From Camelus dromedarius (lineage: Eukaryota), in the NCBI RefSeq assembly GCF_036321535.1, contig NC_087447.1, forward strand, positions 38,814,001-38,878,000: 64,000 nucleotides of DNA, given 5' to 3'. The number at the start of each line of letters is the position of its first letter. Positions within the stretch are counted from its first letter, which is position 1. The notes under the pieces were generated by a model. That model was not told the origin of the DNA and did not search any database. It saw only the letters and a list, made by a program, of their open reading frames with translations. Both the position numbers and the translations under genes were made by a program. Shown here one piece after another: positions 37,256-49,381 of this stretch.

Positions 37256-40200
37256 GGTGGTCCATCCTCTCCCACTCCGGCCCCTCCCTAGCCCCCTGGG
37301 CAATACTCTTCCTCTGTGACCCCCGGAGATCTGTCCTAGACAAGCCTCAGATGCAAGGTGAGGATGTGGTAATGGTATTTCCCTCTCTTTTCACTCTCCA
37401 TTCTCCTCCCCCTTTCCAATGCACTGCCAGCAGCCAGGTTTGAGTCTTGGGGGTGCTTTTTGCATGGGAAGTCCCTTTGGCTCTGGAGAGCTGATGAGGT
37501 CCAGCAAGGCCTGAGGAAAAGGGTCAGGAGCTGGCTGCTTGGAAGAAAAGCTGCCCTGGTCCTCACTGGGGGTGCCAAGGGGGGCCTTGCAGGACATCCC
37601 TGCTTACAAGGGTGAAAAAACAAGATGGCAGTGGGAATGCATTTGAGGCTGACTCCAAGCCAGGAGCAAAGACTGAGAATTTGGTTCTGTGCCCCTTATA
37701 TTGGACTTACTAAGTATCTAGGAGGGGAAAAGGTAACTGGAGGAGCAGACATCCTAACATCAGGATATTTGAATGATTCCCAGTTCCTGGCCAGGGGTTG
37801 AGTGAATAGTGGACCAGTCCTCAGGCTCAAAGACATTCATTCATTCAGTAGCTCAAAGACAACCCAGGAGGCTTTACCTGTGATGCTCTTTTTAAAATTG
37901 CTTTAATCACACGCAGTTACAAAGCCCATAATGCTTACTAGGTATCCCTAACTGGAGACAACTGGCCTTCTTTAAAGACGGCAAGACAATGAAAAAGAAC
38001 CTTTTCTTTTGATTTGTGAGCCCCTGAGTTGCGCTAATAGATCTCTTCAAAGATTATTTTTCCAATTTCATGGCTGTCATTTTACTTTCTGATACCCGCC
38101 TAGAAATAACCTTGTCTTTCTGGTATTCAGCTATCCCACATAAATCCTTTGACCATTTCTAAGAAGCCACAGAACTCTGCTCTGACGGCCGGAGAGCCGG
38201 AGCCCCACCAGCGCAGCCCAGCACTGCCACCTAGGCTGGCTTAGTGTGAAAAAATTTAACGAGCTTTCTCCTGTGGAGGAGTCGGATGGAATTCGTCAAA
38301 TGAGATTTAATGGGGGCTGAATAAACTTCACTTCGTAATTCCTCACACATTGGCCTCTGCCCATGGGTGACAACAGCCTGCATTTGTTCGGAGGTGTAAC
38401 AGAATCCTAGTCTCGCAGCCCAGGCTCCAGGAGGAGGCAGGATGGGTTCCTGTGTCGCCGTTTGGAGCTGTCAGTCATCTGCCTGCTCAGCTCCAAACCT
38501 CCTGAGGAGAAGCTCCAAGCCTTGAGCCCTCTCTCCTTTCTCCTAACAAAGGAAACCAGAACTACCTGGGAGCTCAGATGGAACCTTTGGGTATGGTCTT
38601 GGGCCGACGGGGAATCCGTGGCAGAGACTCTTGGAGCTATCTTCCCTCAGAGGCCAGGGAAGGGGCCCCAGGGGAACGTGCAGACCCTCCGGGAGAGCAG
38701 CCGCAGGGGAGAGCGCCAGCGAGAGTGGCCCGCGGCAGTAATACACAGTGAGCCATGTTAAACCAGGGCCCAGCAAAGCCTTCAGGCCAGAAGGCACATC
38801 GGGAGAGAAGGGTTACTGAGGCACGAGGAGACCCAGCTCTAATGGACATTTGAGAAAAACCATGTGTCAGGAAGGGATGGGGATAAACTGAGTTTCCTCA
38901 GAGAAGGAATCGAGGAAACCAGGTGTGTCCCTGAGCAGTGCCCCTGACAGAGGGGAATGGTGTCAGCAGACATGCAGTACAGAAGAGGGTATGAGGGCTT
39001 GGCCCTCAACCCACCATCAAGGTACTCAGCCAAAAGACAGTGCTGGCCGAGGCTCTGCGGTCCACACCTTAGCTGTGAGATCCACAGGCACCTCATTTAA
39101 ACCCTGAATTTCAGTTTCCTCATCTATAAAATGGGAACAGTGAGACCAATGCCACAGGGTTACCACTCATGAGTTTACCCACTCGTTGCCCATTTATTAT
39201 ATGCCTGCCAAGGGTCAAGCACGGAGACAGTGGCTAGATAAAATAGACACAGTCCCTGCCCTGGAGCCAGGAATTTCAGCACAAAGACCAAAAGTCATAA
39301 AGCAAATGCTTGGCTGCTTTTCCCATTTTACGTGTCTATTTTCTAATACCTGATTTCATGTGAATAATAGTAACTGTAAAGGAGACTAATGCTGAGCTTG
39401 GACTATAGTAAGCGTTTGAGAAATAGGTGATGACTCAATCTGCATCAGCCATGGGCAGTCTGAGGATGGCCGAGAAGTCAGTGGGGAGGCGGGGGAACGG
39501 AGGGGAGACTTCCCCACGCTGCCTTGGCTTGTCTGTGAGCCCCAACACCCTGACATTAGCTTGTAACCCATCTCCATCATCCCTCAGTGTCTCCTCGAGA
39601 CCTCAGCAGTTCAGGTCTTTGAGACCATCCCCCTGGCTCACCCACAAAAGGAGTAAGTCTTGCCCACAACCCCCAAATATTCCAATCTGTATCCATTTTG
39701 CTCTTCCCTCTCCTTTGACAGGAATCTCCAGGTAGATTCAGGCTAGGCGTAGGCTCAGGTGTGATGGCTCTGAGGCTGAGCTGAATCTTGCAGGTTTGTA
39801 ATATTAGATCTCTCTTCCATCCCCTGCTCTGCAATGATCATGATTGACCCCCAAATGCAAAATAACCAAATGACATGGAAACAGCAGGCAAAGTGTTCAA
39901 ATTAACTACCCAGGCAGAATTGATAATCCAACTTTTTCACTGGCAGAAAGAACAAGACTTTGTGTCTCTAACGCCTACTAAATGCATATGAAACAACTTT
40001 GCCAATAGGTGGATAATCAAATTGTTCTGAATAATCCAATCTAGAGTTTTCCTGCTTCTTCTTCATGCTAATTTATTCTGACACAGCTTTTCAATAATGA
40101 AAATCTGTTCTTGCAGAATCCATTTCATTGAGATTTTCCATATTCAAACGGAGATGGAAGTGTCGTGGAGAATTAGATTACTTCTCATCTTGGTGCCTGG

Positions 40201-40639
40201 CGTTCCTTGGGAGGGGCATTTGTCTGGCCGTGGATAACCAGATGGCATTAATTTGAGAGGAGCAAGTGTACCTTTCTTGGCAGTCTGGGCAATTGTTTTT
40301 AAAGTGCTGTTTCCATCTAATCGAAGCCTCTTGCCTGCACAAACTTAATTTGTTTCTTTCCTTGTGAAATTTGTTAATTTTCAAAGCGTTCTCAGTCCTA
40401 ATCATTACCACTGGGGTGAAAAACTAGTTTAAATAAATGTCTCAGTGAGTGGAACACGTGTTGGTGTCTCATGCCAGAGAAATACTCTGAAGGCAAACCA
40501 AAACCTTAGCATCAGAAACAAAAGGATGGATTGATAAGCATACATTCAGGGTGCAGCTATTCGACACAGGTCCTGCTCTGGGGTGGGGGTGGGGCCACAG
40601 AAATGACCAAGGAACAGTTTCCATCCACCAGGAGCCAGG

Positions 40640-40750
40640 GTCTAGGGTGGGATGCTCCAACTTCAGTGTGTGTAAGAATCATCTGGGGAATGCGTTAATG
40701 GTGTGGGTTTCTGGGATTCACTCTCAGAGATTCTCAATCAGTTGGTGTTC
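40640..40750. mobile_element. MER5-like hAT fragment
   Basis: CAACTTCAGTGTGTGTAAGAATCATCTGGGGA...TTCTGGG...CAGAGATTCT. Confidence 0.6.
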
Positions 40751-41339
40751 AAGAGATGTTGGCTGCCAAAGGCAAAATGTAAGTGTACTCATGTCTTTAG
40801 GTAGCTTACTTCATGTAATAGTGTCGAGTTGGCATCAGCCCCTTCACTCGAGCACCCCTGCGAAGACCTTATATATGGTACAGGCATTCTCTCCAAAAGG
40901 TATGTAAACAGTGTTTAATTCACATCAAATAATGTTAGTTTGGTATTGGTATAGAGAGTAGGCATCTCCATGGCTCCCAAGTTCTGGTCTTGTTCATTTC
41001 ATCTAGTAGAATGTTAGTTTTCATTGATTCTTCAGCACCATTCCTAAACTCTTCTACAGGGTTGCACTAATCTACCTCTTCTAGGATATGTGTCTAAGTA
41101 ATAATATTAGTAATAGTAACAACAACACCACCAATAATAAATACTTACTGACAACTTCCTACATGGCAGTAAGTACCTGGCATGTTCTGTCTCACTGAAT
41201 TCTCAAAACCACCCTGTGTGACATATGCTATTGTTGTCTCTCATCTTATAGGTGCAATGCTGCATCAGTGGATTATGTGGGTTTCCCCAGCTGCAGGTGG
41301 GGTTGAAGGCATGAGCCTGGCCATCTGGGTTTTCTCCTA

Positions 41340-41441
41340 CCTGGAGACCAACCACCCTGGTTTGTCCAGGACAGAGGGTTTTCTGGTAATCAGGACTTTC
41401 CATTTTAAAATTGGGTAAACTAGGATGAGTTGGTTACCCAA
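41340..41441. mobile_element. MER81-like hAT-Blackjack element
   Basis: GACCAACCACCCTGGTTTGTCCAGGAC...GGACTTTCCATTTTAAAA...AAACTAGGATGAGTTGGTTACCC. Confidence 0.6.
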
Positions 41442-42166
41442 CTCCTACAGGAGGTTTTGGGACACCAAAATCCAAAGAAAGAATGCATCCAAATTCTGAG
41501 TGGAAAGCTGAGTCCTTATGAGCCGAAGGGGAGTCCAAATGGTTTGTCTAAACTAAAGAGACAAGAAGGAGCCCAAAGCTGTGGCACCAAGGTCTGGAAA
41601 GTGAATGTGAGAACCCCAGGTTTGAATATTTGGCTGTGGTCTGGGATGGTTACTTAGAACAAGTAGACTTGACTTGCCAGCTAGAGTGTGGTCCATGATG
41701 CAGCAGCCGTCTTTAAGGGGCCAGACGTAAGGTGGACATCTCTGTTCTCCTGGCCTCTTCTCTTGGGAGTGGTCCTGAGGCTTCTCCAGAAATGCCTGCA
41801 GTACATTCTGGTGCCATTCCCAGCCTCACCTCTGAATCTCACCTTTCTGAATCTCTTAGGAAAAGCAGTGGCAGGAGTGACAGCTTAATTCATGTTGCCT
41901 GGGAGTATATGGAAAACAGCTTCCTTCTCATCTTTCCAATGGACTGGAGAAAGTTGTCATAGACCCCTTTGGTTTGTACCAGCGTGGTACACCTGGGTGG
42001 TGCGGGTGGGGGGTCTTGTGACAGTATATGGTAACTATACAGATGCTCTGTCATTAGTAACTCAGTAACCATAGTTAGCGTAAATACAGGGAGTGGCAAT
42101 ATACAGTGGGCTTTCTGTATATTCCATGTTGTAATATTACCCTTTTCTGGATTTTTTTCCCTCTAG

Positions 42167-42362
42167 ATTTTTTTCTTTATGGAGACATAATTCACATACC
42201 ATACAACACACCCATTTAAAGTGTACAATTCACTGCTCTCTAGTACATCTCCAGAGTTGTGCAATCATCACCACAATCTAATGTTAGAGCGTTTTCCTCT
42301 CCTCTGAAAGAAGCCCTGCACCCATTAGCAATCCCTGCCCATTTTCCCCTCCCTCGCCCAAC
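42167..42362 (-). mobile_element. L1MB-like 3' end
   Basis: ATAATTCACATACCATACAA...CCCATTTAAAGTGTACAATTCA...AGAGTTGTGCAATCATCACCACAATCTAAT. Confidence 0.8.
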
Positions 42363-45300
42363 TCTTGATTGGAGGTTAAGGAAGGAAAAGTTCGCTCAAA
42401 AATCACTGGAGAACAAAAGCAAACTGTGCTAGAATTCAAAACACAGGGGAAAGATATGCAGGGAAAATTCTTCCCAGATCTGTTCTGATTGCCTCTGTTT
42501 CCCTCCTCAGCAGTGAACTTGGCCAATCTGGACTAAAAGAGGAACAGTAGGTTGTATTCATTCATCTATTCAGTGAGCAATCACTGGGCCAGGCCCTGGG
42601 AATGTAGCTAAAGGTGTAGACTTTGCTCTGAAGGAGCTCAGGCAGAAATGGGAGATTGGGGTTGGGATGAGGGGGTGCAAGGTGGTGAGTGTCAGGAGGA
42701 CAGTGTAGCCTAGAGATGTACAGGTGGCCACCATTCAGAGACACCCTGCCTAATGATGAGCCAACACCCAGGGGAGCAAAGAGAGGAGCAGGACAACATG
42801 CTGACGACACCGTTAAAGCTGTTTCCAAACATCCCACAAACGTGCCTTGGATTTCCTAAGTACTTGATACAAAAATTTCCTTTTTTTTTTTTCTCTTTAT
42901 TTTAAGCTGGGTATCTATCACTTGCAATCAAAATCAAATGTATTCACACTAACACACAGTCCCCACCCCCTCCTGCCTCCTTTGCCAAGTATCATCAGAG
43001 AGTTTTAAAGTCTGGGGGGACCTCTCCCACTTGCTATCTGCAGAGTCAAACCCAAATGCTGCCTCTTCCTAAGGCACTTCCACCAACACCAAATGTTCAC
43101 AAACTCCCTTGATTGTTACAGAGTTTGAAGAGATAAAGATGGAAGGGCAAGTGGGAAGTTAACAAAAGCATGGCAAATGCATGAGCTGCAGAGTTAGATG
43201 ATTCTGGACCACTTTCTTTTTTGTACGTGCAAAATGGAAATAATAGTATCGACCTCACAGACTTGCACGAGGATTACCTGAGATAATATATGTGTAAGGG
43301 CTGATCACAGGGCTTAGAAAATGGTCTAGGGCTCAGCTGAAATCAGTCTCCCCTACACCCTGCTCCTTGGTTAGGATTCATGGGGGAGAGGACCAAATTT
43401 CTGGGGATGTACCTTAAACAGTTTGAGTCTGTTTTGCTCATTTCAGGCATTTATTCAACACATTATTGCCACAAATGCAAACAAAGCATAATCCCCACCT
43501 TCGAGGAGCTCAGAATCATTAACTTAGAAGCCTGCTGCAAGAACTGGAGTCGGGAGAGGGAAAAGGAGTGATGGCTGATCCCTGGGACAGTGGAAGGACT
43601 TCAGGTCAGTCCTTGAGGAGGTGAATGTGATGCAGGATCACCCAGGATGACTGTTGCTAAGCTGTACTGAGAGTTCTGCTAAACTTGAAGTGTGACTATC
43701 TGAAATGTAGCACCATTTGGCTTGGTAGTGTGATTTTCCGCCAGCAAGGCTTAGCTGCTGATGGCAGAGACAGGGAAGCTGACTGGCAAGGTGGGTACAA
43801 TGGACATACAGGGGGCTGAGGGCCTAGAGGATGTTAGGGAGGCCACAAAGTGGATAAATGGGGATGCTGGGCTGTGGATAGAGATAAGAATGTCATTTAC
43901 AATACTACCCTCTCTACAAAAGCTGTCACAGGGTATCACACAGTGGGGACCTGCTGGGCTGTGGGGGCAGTGAGTGACCAGGCATCCTAGCCTCTCTGAA
44001 ATGGGCCAAAAAAATAGTTTTGGTTGCTTACAAAGAAGGCATCTTGACTATAGGAAAATCTTGAGAGTTTTCTCTGCCATGAAACACAGGTACCCACTGA
44101 GGCAGCTGCTTAAACAGCCTTGAACTCAGGACAGCTTGAGAGAGGAATAGCTCCCTGGTTTCTTGCCATAAGTAACAACCAGTGCTCAGGGTTTAAGCAG
44201 AGAGCCAGAAAGAGCTAGCAAGACCACCCCATAATAGGTCACAACCAAGGAGGTTGCAACTTGACTTTCTGCAAAGGGTAGAGAGAATTAGTTTCTCTTG
44301 AAATACATTTATTCAGACTTCTATAACCCTTTGGAGGTGGGGGAGGGAGGACCAGCCAGTCCCCTAGGGATCAACAATGCCATGCAGGAAGGAATGAAGT
44401 ACTTCAGTATCTGCTGAGGTGGAAGTTCCCCTCCTGGGGACTGGAGGAGGGGCACAGGGCACTAGCCACTCGTGGTACCTTCCCACACACAGCTCAGACG
44501 ATCACACAGAGAGTGAAGAGCCTGCTATGACTTCTGGGCAAACTGTAGGCAGAGTGAAGGAGCTGTCTGTAAACTGGTGAGAGGCAGACTCCTCCATCCT
44601 CCATTCTGTAGACACTCGAATGGCTCCAGTTGCTTGAAGCATCATTTTTGAGTGTGTTTTGATGGCTTTTTTGAGCAGCCTCATGGAGGGAATCCAAGAA
44701 GTGCTTGGAGTTCCACTGAGCTTGATTCAGACCTGGCTCACACTAACCAGCTGGGTCGGCCTGCCCAAGGTTCCTAGGCTTTCTGAGCTTTTATCTTCCT
44801 CCTCTAGAAAGCAGGGCTAACAAAGTCCTGGAATTGTTGGGAGGGTTGGGCATGACCAGTCATAATAAGTGCTGTCTCCTCCCTCTTTTGGGGGTTTCCT
44901 GAGCGCCTAACCCTTGAATCAAGGGAAAAGCATCAGCACTTCCCACACCCCAGGCACAGACAAGAACAGCGTTAATCAACACGGTAAACAGAAGGAAGGG
45001 ATTGATTTGTTCCCCTTCTCACACAAAGCTGAGCATGAGGCAGGTTATGGTTTTGAATATTAATGTATTTGAAGTGAGAAGAACCACTGACAACAGAAAC
45101 TGTCTTGCTTGCAAAGATTTATTCCCCGTGTAGTTTTTCATGGCTCATAAAAGGTGATGGATGAACGTAATTTTTAGTTTAATTTCTTGCCGTGCAGTTC
45201 AGTAATTTTTGAGATAAACTCAAATTACTAAGGATCTGGAACTGTTCAAAGCAATGAGGAGCTGTGCACATCTGGTTGTACACAGGACATGGCACGTTTA

Positions 45301-47196
45301 ATTTTTCAAGCCAGCCGAAGAAGGGGTGATTAGAAATCCCAGCACACGCGTAAACCATGTTATCTTTAAAGTTCACTTCTGCTGGCTCCAAATACAAACC
45401 AAACTCCCTTTAATAAAAATTTTGTTGGCTCTTTGCGGGGAGCAGGTAGGGACACAGATAGATGGAGAGTATAGGTTTTTTTTCCTTAGGTATTTGATAT
45501 CTTTTATCAAAATATATACTTGAATCTTTATAAAAATGGAAAAGCAGTACTGAAGGTTATGAAAAAAATCTGTTTGGGTTTTAAAATTTATTTTGATCTC
45601 TCCTGCAGTTTTTAAATTTCATAAGGCAATTGAGAATCTCAGTCCCTTAGAAAAATTTAGCAATGTGGTATAGTGAGAAAAATCTGAGTTTTACAGTTAA
45701 CAGAGTTAAGAACACACAAGATCAAATGATTGTGATGCAAACCGGCTTCTGAAGTGATTGTTAGAGGCAGCAATGGGCCAAAGGGTAAATCTTTACAGGG
45801 CAGTTTCCCCTGCAAGTACCAAATAAATAAACAGTGAAATAAATAAAAGTAAGAGAGTACTTAAGTACTGACCAAAGGCAACTAACATTGTGACAAAGGT
45901 TAATTTTTTGAGTAAAGATTTACATTCATGTTTTTTTAAAAGCAAATCTTGTTCTAGGCTAGATCTTGCCTTAAATGTGTTTCTATTTATTGGTTAAATA
46001 ATACAATCCTAATGAAGATCTTTTCATTCTTATAATCTTCCTGAAGACAAAGAAAGATAAATGTTCCAACAAGTACATGTTTTGCCTTCTATCACAGTCA
46101 ATAACCTACACAGAATTCTCTGATAGCACCAATTTCACCATGGTGACACTGGACACACCCGGAATGACAAATTTAGTCTGGATGACTCTAAGAACTTTGA
46201 AGCACACCAGGCAAAGCCAGAGTATTGAAAATAAAGAGGGGAAAAGAATCTCAATTCAGTGATAATTCTGGTTCCATGGTCGGAACAGTCTTCAGAGTTT
46301 AGAAAATTGTGCCTGCAAGTAAAATTTAAAAGATAGAAGGTAATGATTTAAGAGACTCTGCGACAGTTTAAAGTGTCTGTGGATCCCAAGCAGAGTCATC
46401 ACTTTGGGCAGGTTGGATGCTCTCTAAAAGTTCTTTGATAGGAAAAGAGCTACAGCCTATAAACTCTCAAAAGGGTAGTATAAACAAGGGCTAAGACATA
46501 AAATAAAATGAGCTACAGTCTTACCAATCTCCATTTACTTATTTATTGTCAGCCTACTCCTGGTTTAGGAAAAGAATTTGAAGTGGCTTTTAATGAGAGA
46601 CGCAAAGGTATTATCAACCTAAAATAAAATAACGCCAAAAAGCCTTGGAACAAAGGGAAGGATATTTGATCCTTTGTGGGAACTTGAACCTCTCAGGTTT
46701 GCCCTCATGCTGAGCAGCAGATCCACCTAAAAGCACGTCTTTGAGGCCTCCAAGGTCTTCGTTCTGAAGCCCGGGCCCCTCACCTGCTCTGGAATCTCAG
46801 CTCAGGCCCTTCTGTTCCACACCACGCCTTTCCTCTGACCTTCAGTTTCTCTCTCGGATTATCCCTCAGGCTTATTATGCAGGAGGAAATTGATCCAAGA
46901 TCAAGGAGAGAGATTTAACACAAATTGCTACCGACAGGGTATACCAATTTAAACATTTATTGACTCCAGCCTACTAGGTTCAGCCAGGCCAAAGCTGCAC
47001 GCTCTTTGAAGCGGGCCCCTCCTATCTGCATGCTTGGGGAGGTCCTGACCACTCAGAAGTCAGGGGCTCAATCACAAGTGTTACCTTCCTAATGTCCAGT
47101 TTCCACCCTTTTGCTATCACCTACTTTTGGTCTCTTGATGTTGCTGGTCTGCTCCAGTCCTCACAGAATAGATTTAAGTTCCTGATATTTTTAGAC

Positions 47197-47450
47197 CAGT
47201 GTTTTTCAAATTGTTTTGACCCAGAACGAAATACATTCTTGATCACAACCCAGGGCACACACATAAAAAGAGTCCATAACAGAAGTTTCATTAAAAAAAC
47301 AAACAAACAAAACTTACTTGTACTACAGGGGATGCATGCTGATGTTTTTCTATTCCATTTTGTTTTATTTTTCAAAACTTGAGTCAAGATGCTCTAAATC
47401 AATTTCACAATCCCCTAAAAGTATATGACTTGCAGTTTTCAAAATCCTGA
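47197..47450. mobile_element. hAT-Charlie non-autonomous element
   Basis: Termini CAGTGTTTTTCAAATTG ... CAGTTTTCAAAATCCTG form an imperfect inverted repeat. Confidence 0.55.
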
Positions 47451-47615
47451 TCGTGTGAAGTAGACAGTCTTGGTCTTATCTGCTGGGAACCAGTCCCTTA
47501 TCAGCATTGTTTTCTCCCTTCAGACTGTCCAAGTATAGCTGAATGATTCTCAAGATGTTGCTGGATCTGACTAGTTGTATGACTACTGGTTTAAGGGCCA
47601 GCCTCTGTAAAATAG

Positions 47616-47667
47616 ACACACACACACACACACACGCACACACACACACACACACACACATACACAC
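47616..47667. repeat. (CA)n microsatellite
   Basis: Seen directly, with two interruptions. Confidence 0.95.
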
Positions 47668-48417
47668 TCCCTTCCTCGATTCTGTTGTTCCCATAACATT
47701 TCTGGTGGGTCTTTTCCAGTTATAGAATATCCCAAGTTGTCTTGGCCACAATCCGTAACAGCCTTTGCTGCCTTTCTGCCACCCTCCAGATCTTCTGACC
47801 CGACCCCAGACCTCATGCTCTGTCCACAAGCTAGACCCTTAGGGCAGTGAGTTGTACTAAACCATCCAGGGAAAGGATAACCTTTTAAATCCCTGGCAGT
47901 CAAGACAAGAAAAGAACAAGAAACTAGAGTTTTGTAGGGATGTTGACATAATTCTCATTAACCAATGAAAGGAAATATATTTTGGAGAAACAAAAATTTT
48001 CCTAGAACTAAATACAGAGGAATTTATTGTGGGATATTCTTGTATCTTCAGTATGCACTGAGATGCATAAAAGCTGCTGGAATCTTATTCTCTATATAAA
48101 GATGTCTACTGTGTATGTCTTGGTTTTGTCATTATTTATGCAGTTAATGTTTCTAGGTTTATTTTAAAAGTGTTCTAGAACTATTCCTAGATTTCCCTAA
48201 AGGGCATTATTTAACTAACTGGCAGAACTGGGTTCTGACAGCCCCTAAGCGACCTTGGAGGAAGTTCAACGCTTGCTACTGACACTTCCTCATTGCGTAC
48301 CCCACTGTTTAACCCCTGACCTATAACCCCTGACCTACTGACCTATAATCTAATTACTTTTTAACCCCTTGAGATCAGACTTTAGGATTTCTCAACTGAA
48401 CCTCTTTTCTAGATGAG

Positions 48418-48800
48418 TGTATCGGTCTGGGTCGGCTAAGTTACGCTAAAGAAACAAACAACCCTCAACCTTTAATGGCTTAAAACAATAAGGTTTACAT
48501 TTCACTTGTGCAGCACACATCCACCCCACGCTGGCTGGGGTGTAAGAGGGGCTCTACCATGTATCATCCCCACGCAGGGACTCTGGTGAATTTCGGGAAC
48601 CTGTGTATCTGGGATGTCACCAGTCATTCCAATAGGGAAAATGAGACATGGAAAACAGCGCCAGCTGTTAATCTTCTACCTCCTAGCGATACATGTTACC
48701 TCTGTATTCATTTCACTCCCTGGAACAAGTCACAAGGCCATGCCTCACATCAAAGGTATAGAACCACCATCTCACTTTGTGCTCAGGAGGGATACAGAAG
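48418..48800 (-). mobile_element. Old MaLR LTR (MLT1K/L-like)
   Basis: GGCTAAGTTACGCT..AACAAACAACCCTCAA...TGGCTTAAAACAATAAGGTTTA...GGAACAAGTCACAAGGCCATGCCT. Confidence 0.65.
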
Positions 48801-49381
48801 AATTCCCTGCACAGCCCTCCCTGCCAGCAATAGAAGAAACACCTCTTCTCTGCCTCTGCAGCACTTAACCCTGCCAAGCACCTCTCTTTCTTCAAATTCT
48901 CTTCTCCTTTGGCCCTGATCACCTCTTCTCTAACTCCTTCTACTACTTTTCTTTTCACACTCAAAATGTATGTGCCCTCCATCGTCTGAACTAAAATTTC
49001 ATCCAGAATGGACCAAAAAGGAACCTAGAAGAAGCCAACTTCAAATTTTTATTTTTGGTCCTACAAGAATGGTCATCTCAGAGAATGAGAGCAAACGTAA
49101 ATATGCATGAATTTACAAAAAGCTCACTTTTTCCCTCCAAGTTCTTTCTTTTTTAATAGACAATACAACCAATTGTCCAGACATCCTACCTGGAAAAATT
49201 TATCTAACAGAAATAAAAGCTCCAATACGTATGGATACATGTACCAGGATATTTATCTTATCATGGCTTATAGGAGCAAAAACCTGGGAAAGACTTAAAT
49301 TAGGAATTAGGGATATTCCTTCCCCAGTTGTGATACAGCCCTACCATGAACTATTATGCAGCTGTTAAAAAGACTGAAATA

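Noticed and set aside
45690..46075. Possible ancient DNA transposon fragment
   Set aside because: AT-rich and transposon-like in texture, but I could not assign termini or a family.
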